64,000 bases of DNA from Candidatus Omnitrophota bacterium (lineage in GTDB: Bacteria > Omnitrophota > Gorgyraeia > 2-01-FULL-45-10), in assembly GCA_003142795.1 (NCBI GenBank), contig PLNN01000019.1:51991-115990 (forward strand). The letters run 5' to 3'. Shown piece after piece: positions 28,147 to 38,000 of this stretch. A program made the position numbers and the translations under genes. The stretch's first letter is position 1. Every line of letters begins with the position of its first letter. The notes beneath the pieces are model-generated. The model saw nothing but the letters and a program-made list of their open reading frames with translations. It searched no databases and had not been told where the DNA came from.

Positions 28147-31100
28147 ATGAATTTTGAGGGCTTAGTTAAAAGTAAATCGGTAAAAAACGAGCTGACTTCC
28201 AAATGTCTTTTTACGGGCTGGCAAAGTCATAGAAAGAAAAAATGGATTTGCCTCATCGCCATTATTCTTACCTGTACCTTCATTCCTCAAAACATAGCAT
28301 ATTCTCAAGATGCCGCTCCTATTTGGTCTAAGGAACAGAACGGGAACGGCGATGTCAGAATTCCTAAAGAAATTGCCGTTATAAAAGAATCTTACGCCGC
28401 CTCAAACGGTAAGACCGTGATCAATATACAAGACGCCCATGCTTCTCTAGGCGCCCAAGAATCGATCGTAGCCGCACTAGACTTTTTGGTGGCTAATTAC
28501 GACTTAAAGTTGGTAGCCATTGAAGGCTCAAGCGGATACATCGATACCTCTCTTTTAAAAACATTTCCCAATGAACGCATGAGAAGGAGTGCCGCTGAAT
28601 ATCTCATGAAACAGGGCAAAATGTCTGCGGGTGAATTCTTTTCCATCACGTCAAATAAACCAATAGCATTATATGGGATAGAAGATAAGCCGTTATATAC
28701 TGAGAACGTAGAGCAATTCCGTAAAATATACGAAATAAACGAGTCGGCAGGCAAAGATATCAAGAAAATGCTTGAAGTCCTGAGATCTTTAAAGGGCAAG
28801 ATCTATTCCGACGATCTGAAAGCGCTTGATGAAGATGCGGATCTGCATATAAACGGTAAGATATCATTTAGCGCACGATGGAAATTAACCCGGGACCTGG
28901 CGGCAAGATACGGGATCGATTATAAAAAATATGATAATCTGGCGAAGCTTATAAGATCTTTTGATCTGGAAAAAGGGATAAATTTTGAGAAAGCGAATAA
29001 AGAACGTAGTTTATTAATAAATGAACTGAGCAAAAAACTTCCTAAAGACAGGCTTGAACAAGTAATATTAAAATCCGCCTCATTCAGCGCTCATAAAATT
29101 GCTCAAGGTGAATACTATGCCTACCTGCAGCGTCTTGTCAGGGAAAATGGCATAGATCCCAGCCCCTATTCCAATCTCATTGCGTATACAGATTATGCAG
29201 CCCTTTATGAATCTGTAGACATTTTAGCGGTTTTTGAAGAAATAAAGGATTTAGAAGGCCGCATCCAGAGTAAGCTATTCAAAAATGAGGACCAGAAGAA
29301 ACTTTACGAATTCTCGCAATACATTGGACAGTTAAAAGACCTGTTCGAACTGAAGCTTACAAATGTGGATTTTAAATGTATTTCTGAGAACGGAAAAGAG
29401 TCTAATGCCCGCGAGATCTCAAAATTCGTAAAAGATGCCGCCGTAAAATATAACGTTAAGATCGATAATAAAGAAAATGACCTCGCTGGAACATTCCGCA
29501 ACATACCCATCGCATTAGAATTTTATAAAACAGCCGAAAAGAGAAACTCTGCGATGCTCGCCAATACGATAAAGCGGATGAGCGCGGAGGGGCAGAGGAT
29601 GGCGGCGTTGATAACCGGCGGCTACCATACAAAAGGGCTGACAGAAAGGCTGAAAGAAAATAAGACCTCTTATTTTGTACTGCTGCCGACATTCGATCCA
29701 TCCAAGGGAGAAAGGCCCTACGCCGCGATACTCACGAATAAAAAACAATCTTATGAATCGTTTCTGGACACAGGCAAATATTATCTTGCCACAAGCGCTT
29801 TGCTCGAAGGCGCCGACTTAACCAAATTCGAAGAAGCCTTCGGGCATATATTGGAACAAACGATCGATGAAATAAAAACCAAAGTTTCTGATCCCGGAGA
29901 AATAGAAACAAGGCTATTATCATCAATACATAGCTGGGTAGAAAACCGCGAGTCTTTCCTCAAGGCTAACCCTCCGCCCGGGGAGTTTCGTCCCATAAGA
30001 TCGGAGGAATTTGAAAAATATCTTTTGAGATTGTCCGGAAAATTACTCAGCAAACCGGAGAAATGGGAAGAAAAGGACAGAGACACAAAAGGCGAGAACG
30101 CCGGCCATGCGCGCGAAATAATAGAGGATTTAATAAAACAAGGTAAAGTGGTTGAAGTCTTCCTTGCAAAAGACCACCTGGTGGCATATCGCGTGAGATG
30201 GATATACGATTACAAGCCGGGACAGATACAAGAACGAGACAATGTCTTCGAGGAAGAGATAAAAGTGAATCAGTTGTTTACCACGGTGCAGCAAAATCAT
30301 ATGATTAGTTGGATAAGAGTCCATCCCATTAACAGGGGCGCGATCAGGCTCCCGCACTTTCGGGTAATTCTTGATGATGTCAGCTTAAGATGGACGGATC
30401 ATATTGAAACGTCTAATATTTGCCATGCCGGACATCGCGATGGCGTTATCTACATAGGCGAACGTCTATTAACGTCCATGTTTGATTATGCCAGCGATCC
30501 CGTTAGAAATCTTGTCCTGGACCAGGATGAATATCAGCATTTATTAGACCCTAATTTTGTCTGTACGGTTGACAAAAAAGTACTGAAAAAAAGATTAAGA
30601 GCGGTTAACGAAAGAATAAAAGATATTTTAAGCAAACCCCCATCAATCGCCAAATATAAACTTAAAGTTTGCACCACGCATGACGAGGCTATTGCTAAGC
30701 ATAGCGGCATCAACCCCGATAACGGTAATATACGATGGGGTAACTTTCGGCCACGGATGAACCCCTATATAACAGATCGGATAGGCCCCATAACGGTTTC
30801 AGCCGGACTTTACATTATAAAAAGCAAGGGAGGCCCTTCTTTAGAAACAGCGGATACAAATATGAAAATATGGGTGGAGGGGAAGGACGAACCCGGCAAG
30901 TGGAATGAAATAAAGATGGATATGATTTACGCCAAGGATCTGGGCGGGGGGATCGCTTTTTCGTTTGTCGGCACTCTACCCGCTTTCTTCAAGGGCAAGT
31001 ACACATTTAGGTATTCAGTGGATGGCGGTAAGAACTGGCAATGGGCCAATAATGGCCCGGGAGACGATAGGGTAATAATCAGGCAGGAAGCCTTGCAACA

Positions 31101-34100
31101 GAGCGGGAAAAAATTGATTGCAAAGCAGGCGGATGAATATCTGATAGGTCCAAGAGGCGGGAAACATCGCACCATACGCCTTTATAAGCACGACTTGAAT
31201 TTAAGGTGGATATTTGATATGCCTTCTGACAGCTCCGGACGCCGGATAATTTTTAGCGACAATAACATAGGGTCTGTCCAAGGAAAGGGTGAAGGCAGCG
31301 TAAGTATGTATTACGATCCTCTAGAGAAAGCCGTCCTGATCAACATGGAGAGCATGGTATCTAATGGGCCGTCACAAGATAGTGTTGGCGTACTTCGAGA
31401 GGCCGGATGGGATTTAGCGCGCATAAAAATACCCATAGATGAAAATGGCATAGCGAAAGAAGTTATCCATGAACGCGAATTTATGGGGATTTCGCGTTCA
31501 GGCATCGCGATTCTTTTAAAACATGCGGGGGTAGATACAAAATTTAAAGATATTTACGCATTAGTTAAGCAGGAGTTAGTTCTTCGCGAAGTAGATAAGT
31601 TTGCTGAGGAGCAGGAAGCTCAAGATACCAAGACACTGTCAATAGATCCTATGAATAAGGTAGATGATTTCTTAAGAGATCCTGAGGCTTTTGGTGTTTT
31701 TGAGAATTTGCGGGGTGACATAAAAAAGATAGAAGATATAATTATATTCGCAAAACCATGGGAATTGAAACAATATGCCTTAGAACGTCTTAAAGGGCTT
31801 GTTAATAAAGGATATTACGGTAGAGATGAGTATTTTGAACTTGCGACCTACGCCGCTGAAAAAGACGGCCTTGAAGAAATGGCCTATATAGAGAGAACGA
31901 TAAGGCAAGATAAGTCTTTTCTTACCGATATGGGTATAGATGCCGCCAGGGTAGACAGCATTACTTTACATTGGCGCGCCCGCGGCCTTACCAAAGCCAT
32001 ATATCACGTGACAATAAACATGGACGACGGTACGGAGCGCATTTTTGCCATAAGCCTTATGAGGCCGCTCTATTCGCAATTAGGGTTTTCGATGGAAGAG
32101 ATCGAGAAGTCATTGGATCTCTGGTCAAAGATGAGCGAGGCAGGCGTAGACTACGTGCCCCACTTTTATGCCGTAAGGCGGATTAACGATTATCGGCCGA
32201 AATTATTCGATAAAGAACTGCCGGTGCATACGACGCCGGGACCTACGATAGTTTCCAACACTATCAATCCGGCAAAGATCATGTACAATGACTTATTGAT
32301 AATAGCAAGAGAGTTCGTTCAGGGCTATGACATGCCCGGATATTGCACACATTGTTGTACTACGCATCAGGAAGAGAGGGATGTATATGTCGCCGGAATA
32401 AGCGCGTACTTCCGGATGTGGAAAGAGGGCAAAAAAACTGTTGCCGACACAGGGCGAGCTCTATTAAATCCCGATCCGCGCAATGTTGTTGTGCATCCCG
32501 AAGGCAATAATTACCATGGCGTTGTTACCGATCTAAATGGTTTGCGGGAAGGGGTCGGCCTGGAGGAACTTTTAACATCATTGCAAAAAACAGGTTATGA
32601 AAAAAAGGACGTCCTGGCTGCCGCGCGGCAGACGCTCGATGGGGCAGAGTATGAATTTGCGAAACAATATTATAGAACAGGCGAGCATCCGGATTTTAAG
32701 GCTGTGTGTACAGAAGCCCTTACACGCGAGAGCATCCAAAAATTAGTTGCCGGAATATTAAAGAATCCGGCCAGGTTAAATAAAGAGGAGCAGGTAATCT
32801 CCCCCAAAAAAGTGAAATTTGCGCTTGACAGCATCTTCCACATCGTAGGAAGAAGTACGAATGATCTATCCGGCGAAGATAGGCGTTTAATACTCTCAAA
32901 GATAAAAAGACTTATTCGCCAGGGATTTCCAAATAAAATAAGATATTTTCGCATGAGAGAAAGCCAGCAACCGGTCGCTGAGATGCTATGTGCATTCGCA
33001 AAAGAAAATACGCACTATCTTGTAGAGGGGTTCCTTAATGATGAAGGGTTTTCTTCCGCAGGGAATAGTTTGGCGCGGGAAGGACACCTGCGCAGAGTGA
33101 TATTACGTCAGATGCTTAGGGAACTTTATCCGAAAGGGGACAAAGCCGATAACATAGAAAAGACTCTATTAGGCCCGGATTTACTGTTTCGCGAAGCCCT
33201 TAGTAACTACGCGTGGAAATGTCGTATCAGGACCGCCATGGAAGACCATGTGCTGTGCCGAAACCTGGTGACCTATCAGAAATCTCGCGACAAAGACGTG
33301 GCCAGGCGCGCCGCGGCAGAATATGTAGAGACTATTTATATGATAATGAAGAAAGAGATGGATGAAGACGGAAGGGTGTTTGGTAGTAGCGAAGAATTGA
33401 TCGATTATCTAAGGACACATTTCGGCGTAAGAAAATTTATTATCGCCGGCGGCAAGGGCACAAGATTCTCCCCCGGTGGTCTTATCCTAAAGCCTCGTTT
33501 TAAACCAGACAACTATAACACCAATATAAAACTCTCCAGGGAATCATCGGCTTTCGGAACGCTTGAAGACGTGATAGTCGTTGACGCCACCACCGTGTTT
33601 TACATACTTAAAGACAAGTGTCCCATAGCTGCATCTATAAAGAGTGGAATACGCGATAGGATAAGCAGCGAGATTTCAAAACTTGTGGATGCAGGTGTTA
33701 TAGATAGCCGAAAAGGGGCGGATTTATCAAGCGCTATACGCAGGATAGTCGATGAAGAGATGCATTACACTCGCAGGCCCGATGGTCTATGGGACCTATC
33801 CATGGTGTTGCGCTCCATAGAAGAAAAGGCAGGCGAGAAAGACTTGAAGAGCCATCTGGTCATTGATAAGATAGCGTACGCGATATTTAAGACAATAATG
33901 GATGACAAGACGCTGATAGATAAAAGTAAGATAGACGAGCTCTTTGGCAGAAATTGCATTGTGGTGTTGGACTCAGGGGAAGGGCACGGAGGCGCTTATG
34001 CTGAAGCATTGTCCGAACTTGAGACTAGCGGTAAATTGCAAGAAGCGCGCTATTCGGTCATAGTGTATGCCGATTCACCCGGATGGGGGCTCGATAGGTA

Positions 34101-37100
34101 TCCCAATTACGTCTTTACGTCTTACCTTGCCACGGTGAACCTTCTTTCTCCGAAAGTGAATGACTTACCGAAAGTTACCATAGCGGTAAAAAACCCGAAA
34201 GACGGCAGGGCTGAAGGACGCGCTCGCGTTTTTACCGAATACACCGAAAAATTTGCCAATACACCTATAGGACTTAAGGAATGGGCAGACATGTCTCCCG
34301 CAGAAAGAGCCGAATCTATCGATATGGCAAGGCAACACGACCAGAGATGGCTTACAAATGCCAATATTCTTATCTATGATACGATGTGGGCCGCAAAGAG
34401 ACGCGGTGTTCTCTATGAGCGCTATCGTCACGAACTCGGAGAAGCCGGCGAGCACAAACAAAGATCTTATGAGTATTGGGCTAGCGATTATTTAAATATT
34501 GCCGCCGCTGAATATGAAGAAACAGCGAAAGAAAACCCGGATGCTTCGCCTATGACACGTCTTGTGTATGTCGGAGAGAGCGCTCCGGACGCATTGAAGA
34601 CCCTACCGACGGCTCTAAATTATAGAGATGATCGCCAAGACATGATAATAAAAAAGATAAGGGCGATGGGAGTCGTTGTTGATCCTGATGTGACGATATC
34701 GATATCCAGCGATGATATGGGTGCGGCAAGTTTTGATCTGTGCAGAGCTATCGATTCTATTTTTGGGGACAATCGTGAAGACGCACCTGGATCCGGTCCA
34801 ATAAGACTTAAGGGCACCATACATCTTAGCGATACCGTAGTTGTCAAAAAAGGAGCTACTTTGGATGGCACCAAAAAAGACATTTCGCTGACAGGCAAGT
34901 GCGTTGTTGAAAGAGGCGTGGAGCTGGGTGGTGTTATCGCAGAAAATGAGCTCTTTACCAACAGCCGCCCATACGAACAGGAAAATGTTTACCTGACAGG
35001 GTTTCCGTTTTCGAGCCAGAGCACCGTTGAATCTGTCCCGGTTACCGGAATAGATTTCAGGGCTATGGGTATTATTGTAAACGATTCCACAAGAGTATGG
35101 ATCGCAAAAAAGGATAAAGATAGAAGTGACCTCGAGATCCTCAAAAACATTTTCGGAAACGACACAGACGGCCACAGGGTGACAGACCAGATATTTTTAT
35201 ATGGCGATATTGTTCTGGATGAAAACGTCAGGGTTGAAAATGGAACTATGTTGGACGGACGGCGTAATAGAGTAATTCTTACCGGTAAGACCCACGTAGG
35301 TAAAGGCGTAAATTTAAAAGGCGTCAAGGCGGAAGACACGGTGTTTGCCGGCATCGATTATCTCGATGTCTACCATTACAGGCAACCGGCACACGACTCT
35401 ATTATCGAGATCAATAATTCTCTTTTTGTTAATTCTTACATAGAGTTCGGCGCCAAGGTGCGTAACTCTATGGCAATAAATTCCTGCGTTATGACAGAAG
35501 CGCTAATAGCCGAATCCGACATTTTAGGAGAAATCGTTGTCCCAGGTAATGATATTACAAATCGCCGGTTAAAAGACATGGTTAATACCGTATCTCTGTC
35601 TGTCGAAATAGGAGATAGGATCGAAAAGGATTATGTGCCCGGGCCATTCCGCCTCGAAGAATTATCTCCGGAAGATCAGGTGGGCATAAGAGAAGGTTAT
35701 CAAAAAGTTGCCGCATATTTTTATGAAAGGATTATCCCAGTTAGATCGGTAAGGAAAAGATTGATCGAAGATACACAAAAGTTCTTATACAGTGATGTTA
35801 CGGCCAAGCTTACAATAGAACAGCTGAAGCAATATATATTCGCCAAGGCAAGGGAAAATATCAGAAGATACGGCTCAAAAAGCAATGAGGCGGAAAGGCC
35901 TGCGCGGCTTGCGGCAGTTATCAGGGCACATTTGCAGCCGGTAATGGAAGAAGCGCATAGCGTGGACATGGGAAATGCGCCGGTCGCCAGGAACACGTTT
36001 CGCAGACTGGCCATATTGAGCGCCAGGTTCAATTTTGTGGACTATTCTATAAATCCGGAAATTTTCGACACCGGCCATCTGGATGCGGCTGCAAAAAACC
36101 CCGAAAAAGATTTTACGCTTCTGGATCAATTTGCCGAAAAAGAACTTGCCATTGACGGTCTGAATAAATTTGAGGAGATGGTCTTTGGCAGCCGCAAAGG
36201 AACGTTCTTATATCTCACTGATAATATAGGAGAGACCGAAGCTGACGCGCCGATGTGGGAATTTCTGGTCAGGATGGGGCACACCGTAGTTATCGGTGCC
36301 AAAGATGAATTTTGCTTTGGAGACATCGACGTTGAGGGAGTAGAAAAGATAATAGCTGACCATCCATCTCTTTCGGAATACGAGAAAAGCGGGGGAATAA
36401 GAGTTATTAAGACCGGTTCTGCGAGCGAGGGTGTATTCGCCCATAGTTTTAGCCATGAAGTGCAGGAAGTCTTAAAAGATAAATCTCTCATAGCGTTAAT
36501 TTCTAAAGGTCAGGCCAACATATTCAGTCTATCCGCCCGGAACAACATGAAAATGCCGGTAGTAGCTATGCTTGTGTCAAAGTCTATTACAGCAAAGAGG
36601 ATCACCGGTATCGCGCCCAAAGTTGTCGGCGACAAAACGACATTTTGGCCCGTCATCGCCGTGATCCCGGCAGGGAGCCATATAATGGACTGTAAAGGGC
36701 CGAGCCAATTCGAGGGAACGCTTCAAAGGTTTGGCACCGTTCGTGACGAGCTGGTTTCCGGGGAAAGGTCGAGTTTCATCGTAGGTTTACCGAAAGGCAC
36801 ACCAAAAAAAATTGCGAGCATGGTAGAAACGGCGGTCAATGCCTCCCCGCTTCTCGGCAAAACGGCAAAAATAGAAGTATTCAGCGAAGGAGCAGAAGAG
36901 TTCGATGAAATGTTGGCAAAGGAAAGGACGAACGGTGTTTATCTTGACGAAAGCGTTTTGAGCCAGCTGGCTGCTCAACAAGATGCCCAGGACTTGATCA
37001 ATTCTGTGAGCGTCACCGTTTCAAGTATACTTATAGATTCCAGGACGCGCGAGGATCTGGAAAATATTTTGATCGAAATCGAGCAGAATATTGAAGCGAT

Positions 37101-37842
37101 CAAGAAATGCGACATCGACGAAGATAAAGCAAAATTGGAAGAGCTAATGAATAAGCATTCTAGCTACATAAAAGATCTCAAGTTGCTCATCTCCCGTAGA
37201 AAGCAAATAATAGAAAAGGCCTACAACAGTAATATTGATAGAATAGTGAGAGAGGCTACATCGTATGACAACAAGATAGCGGTGGCGACCACCGAAACTG
37301 TGGCCGGGTTCGATCCGTTCACATTCGACAACATAGGGAAAGCTGCGGCTCAAGGCATCGTAAACTATTTTATTTTTGGCGATATATTAAAAAGTCCCGA
37401 AGAGGCTGAAGCTTTTGTGAAGGCCTGCGGATACGAAGGCGATATGGCCGCTATACGATTCATAGACAAAAGAGGCCTTTCGTACAGGGAGTTAGCCGCC
37501 AGAATAGCCGCAGAAACTAACTTGCCCATGGAGAAAATAGGCATAAGGGCCGCTGCGGGCGAGCTTGAACTTCCGAAAAACGGGGAAGAAGCCGTACCTG
37601 GCGTATTATTAGAAGTACAGGCCAAGGGAGATATCTATTTAGCGATGAATTCCTACCAGGCACTGCTTAAGATACTAACACAACTAAAAGAAGGCGCTAC
37701 TCTTGAAGAGATTAAGATATCCGGCGTGGAAAAGACTGGTCGAAGGGGCGTATTCAATTATTCACCTCGAATAGATTACGATAAAGATATGAAAGATTAT
37801 AGAAATGCCATTGGGCTAATTTTGGTACGGACAAATGCGTAG
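28147..37842 (+). CDS. ORF2: 3231-aa putatively exported polyprotein. Domains: IQDAH N-domain, CBM-like, kinase-like, GlmU-like nucleotidyltransferase plus beta-helix, ARMT1/DUF89 phosphatase, shared C-domain
   Basis: Long ORF with signal-like KKKWICLIAIILTCTFIPQNIAYS. Motifs YTFRYSVDGGKNW, IIAGGKGTRF, YLTDNIGE and KGQAN. Confidence 0.92.
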   Translation: MNFEGLVKSKSVKNELTSKCLFTGWQSHRKKKWICLIAIILTCTFIPQNIAYSQDAAPIWSKEQNGNGDVRIPKEIAVIKESYAASNGKTVINIQDAHASLGAQESIVAALDFLVANYDLKLVAIEGSSGYIDTSLLKTFPNERMRRSAAEYLMKQGKMSAGEFFSITSNKPIALYGIEDKPLYTENVEQFRKIYEINESAGKDIKKMLEVLRSLKGKIYSDDLKALDEDADLHINGKISFSARWKLTRDLAARYGIDYKKYDNLAKLIRSFDLEKGINFEKANKERSLLINELSKKLPKDRLEQVILKSASFSAHKIAQGEYYAYLQRLVRENGIDPSPYSNLIAYTDYAALYESVDILAVFEEIKDLEGRIQSKLFKNEDQKKLYEFSQYIGQLKDLFELKLTNVDFKCISENGKESNAREISKFVKDAAVKYNVKIDNKENDLAGTFRNIPIALEFYKTAEKRNSAMLANTIKRMSAEGQRMAALITGGYHTKGLTERLKENKTSYFVLLPTFDPSKGERPYAAILTNKKQSYESFLDTGKYYLATSALLEGADLTKFEEAFGHILEQTIDEIKTKVSDPGEIETRLLSSIHSWVENRESFLKANPPPGEFRPIRSEEFEKYLLRLSGKLLSKPEKWEEKDRDTKGENAGHAREIIEDLIKQGKVVEVFLAKDHLVAYRVRWIYDYKPGQIQERDNVFEEEIKVNQLFTTVQQNHMISWIRVHPINRGAIRLPHFRVILDDVSLRWTDHIETSNICHAGHRDGVIYIGERLLTSMFDYASDPVRNLVLDQDEYQHLLDPNFVCTVDKKVLKKRLRAVNERIKDILSKPPSIAKYKLKVCTTHDEAIAKHSGINPDNGNIRWGNFRPRMNPYITDRIGPITVSAGLYIIKSKGGPSLETADTNMKIWVEGKDEPGKWNEIKMDMIYAKDLGGGIAFSFVGTLPAFFKGKYTFRYSVDGGKNWQWANNGPGDDRVIIRQEALQQSGKKLIAKQADEYLIGPRGGKHRTIRLYKHDLNLRWIFDMPSDSSGRRIIFSDNNIGSVQGKGEGSVSMYYDPLEKAVLINMESMVSNGPSQDSVGVLREAGWDLARIKIPIDENGIAKEVIHEREFMGISRSGIAILLKHAGVDTKFKDIYALVKQELVLREVDKFAEEQEAQDTKTLSIDPMNKVDDFLRDPEAFGVFENLRGDIKKIEDIIIFAKPWELKQYALERLKGLVNKGYYGRDEYFELATYAAEKDGLEEMAYIERTIRQDKSFLTDMGIDAARVDSITLHWRARGLTKAIYHVTINMDDGTERIFAISLMRPLYSQLGFSMEEIEKSLDLWSKMSEAGVDYVPHFYAVRRINDYRPKLFDKELPVHTTPGPTIVSNTINPAKIMYNDLLIIAREFVQGYDMPGYCTHCCTTHQEERDVYVAGISAYFRMWKEGKKTVADTGRALLNPDPRNVVVHPEGNNYHGVVTDLNGLREGVGLEELLTSLQKTGYEKKDVLAAARQTLDGAEYEFAKQYYRTGEHPDFKAVCTEALTRESIQKLVAGILKNPARLNKEEQVISPKKVKFALDSIFHIVGRSTNDLSGEDRRLILSKIKRLIRQGFPNKIRYFRMRESQQPVAEMLCAFAKENTHYLVEGFLNDEGFSSAGNSLAREGHLRRVILRQMLRELYPKGDKADNIEKTLLGPDLLFREALSNYAWKCRIRTAMEDHVLCRNLVTYQKSRDKDVARRAAAEYVETIYMIMKKEMDEDGRVFGSSEELIDYLRTHFGVRKFIIAGGKGTRFSPGGLILKPRFKPDNYNTNIKLSRESSAFGTLEDVIVVDATTVFYILKDKCPIAASIKSGIRDRISSEISKLVDAGVIDSRKGADLSSAIRRIVDEEMHYTRRPDGLWDLSMVLRSIEEKAGEKDLKSHLVIDKIAYAIFKTIMDDKTLIDKSKIDELFGRNCIVVLDSGEGHGGAYAEALSELETSGKLQEARYSVIVYADSPGWGLDRYPNYVFTSYLATVNLLSPKVNDLPKVTIAVKNPKDGRAEGRARVFTEYTEKFANTPIGLKEWADMSPAERAESIDMARQHDQRWLTNANILIYDTMWAAKRRGVLYERYRHELGEAGEHKQRSYEYWASDYLNIAAAEYEETAKENPDASPMTRLVYVGESAPDALKTLPTALNYRDDRQDMIIKKIRAMGVVVDPDVTISISSDDMGAASFDLCRAIDSIFGDNREDAPGSGPIRLKGTIHLSDTVVVKKGATLDGTKKDISLTGKCVVERGVELGGVIAENELFTNSRPYEQENVYLTGFPFSSQSTVESVPVTGIDFRAMGIIVNDSTRVWIAKKDKDRSDLEILKNIFGNDTDGHRVTDQIFLYGDIVLDENVRVENGTMLDGRRNRVILTGKTHVGKGVNLKGVKAEDTVFAGIDYLDVYHYRQPAHDSIIEINNSLFVNSYIEFGAKVRNSMAINSCVMTEALIAESDILGEIVVPGNDITNRRLKDMVNTVSLSVEIGDRIEKDYVPGPFRLEELSPEDQVGIREGYQKVAAYFYERIIPVRSVRKRLIEDTQKFLYSDVTAKLTIEQLKQYIFAKARENIRRYGSKSNEAERPARLAAVIRAHLQPVMEEAHSVDMGNAPVARNTFRRLAILSARFNFVDYSINPEIFDTGHLDAAAKNPEKDFTLLDQFAEKELAIDGLNKFEEMVFGSRKGTFLYLTDNIGETEADAPMWEFLVRMGHTVVIGAKDEFCFGDIDVEGVEKIIADHPSLSEYEKSGGIRVIKTGSASEGVFAHSFSHEVQEVLKDKSLIALISKGQANIFSLSARNNMKMPVVAMLVSKSITAKRITGIAPKVVGDKTTFWPVIAVIPAGSHIMDCKGPSQFEGTLQRFGTVRDELVSGERSSFIVGLPKGTPKKIASMVETAVNASPLLGKTAKIEVFSEGAEEFDEMLAKERTNGVYLDESVLSQLAAQQDAQDLINSVSVTVSSILIDSRTREDLENILIEIEQNIEAIKKCDIDEDKAKLEELMNKHSSYIKDLKLLISRRKQIIEKAYNSNIDRIVREATSYDNKIAVATTETVAGFDPFTFDNIGKAAAQGIVNYFIFGDILKSPEEAEAFVKACGYEGDMAAIRFIDKRGLSYRELAARIAAETNLPMEKIGIRAAAGELELPKNGEEAVPGVLLEVQAKGDIYLAMNSYQALLKILTQLKEGATLEEIKISGVEKTGRRGVFNYSPRIDYDKDMKDYRNAIGLILVRTNA
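34657..35346 (+). repeat. Tandem duplication (399-nt period) in the beta-helix region of ORF2
   Basis: RAMGVVV..IFGDN..GATLDG..LTGK..AE versus RAMGIIV..IFGND..GTMLDG..LTGK..AE. Confidence 0.85.
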
Positions 37843-37876
37843 CTTATTAAGCTATAAAAAAGTTAGATTTTATGGA

Positions 37877-37904
37877 TTGACAAGATTTTCAATTATGGTA
37901 TAGT
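37877..37904 (+). promoter_or_regulatory. Sigma70 promoter of ORF3
   Basis: TTGACA (37877-37882), 16 nt, then TATAGT (37899-37904) with an extended TG. RBS AAGGAG at 37988-37993. Confidence 0.75.
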
Positions 37905-37946
37905 TTATATACTATAATTAAAGCGATAAAAAGTCATTAATGATAG

Positions 37947-37983
37947 TTATCCACAAAGTAGTGGACGTTTAAACGTCCACTAC
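37947..37983 (+). promoter_or_regulatory. Consensus DnaA-box sequence followed by a perfect 26-bp palindrome in the ORF3 leader
   Basis: TTATCCACA at 37947-37955 and GTAGTGGACGTTT|AAACGTCCACTAC at 37958-37983. Confidence 0.55.
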
Positions 37984-38000
37984 AACTAAGGAGAGTATAA

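Noticed and set aside
32344-32370. CTHCCTTH as a heme c or metal site
   Set aside because: It does not match CxxCH, and it is a single occurrence inside a kinase-like domain.
37840-37854. TAGCTTA-T-TAAGCTA as the ORF2 terminator
   Set aside because: A short AT-rich stem with no U-tract on the + strand.
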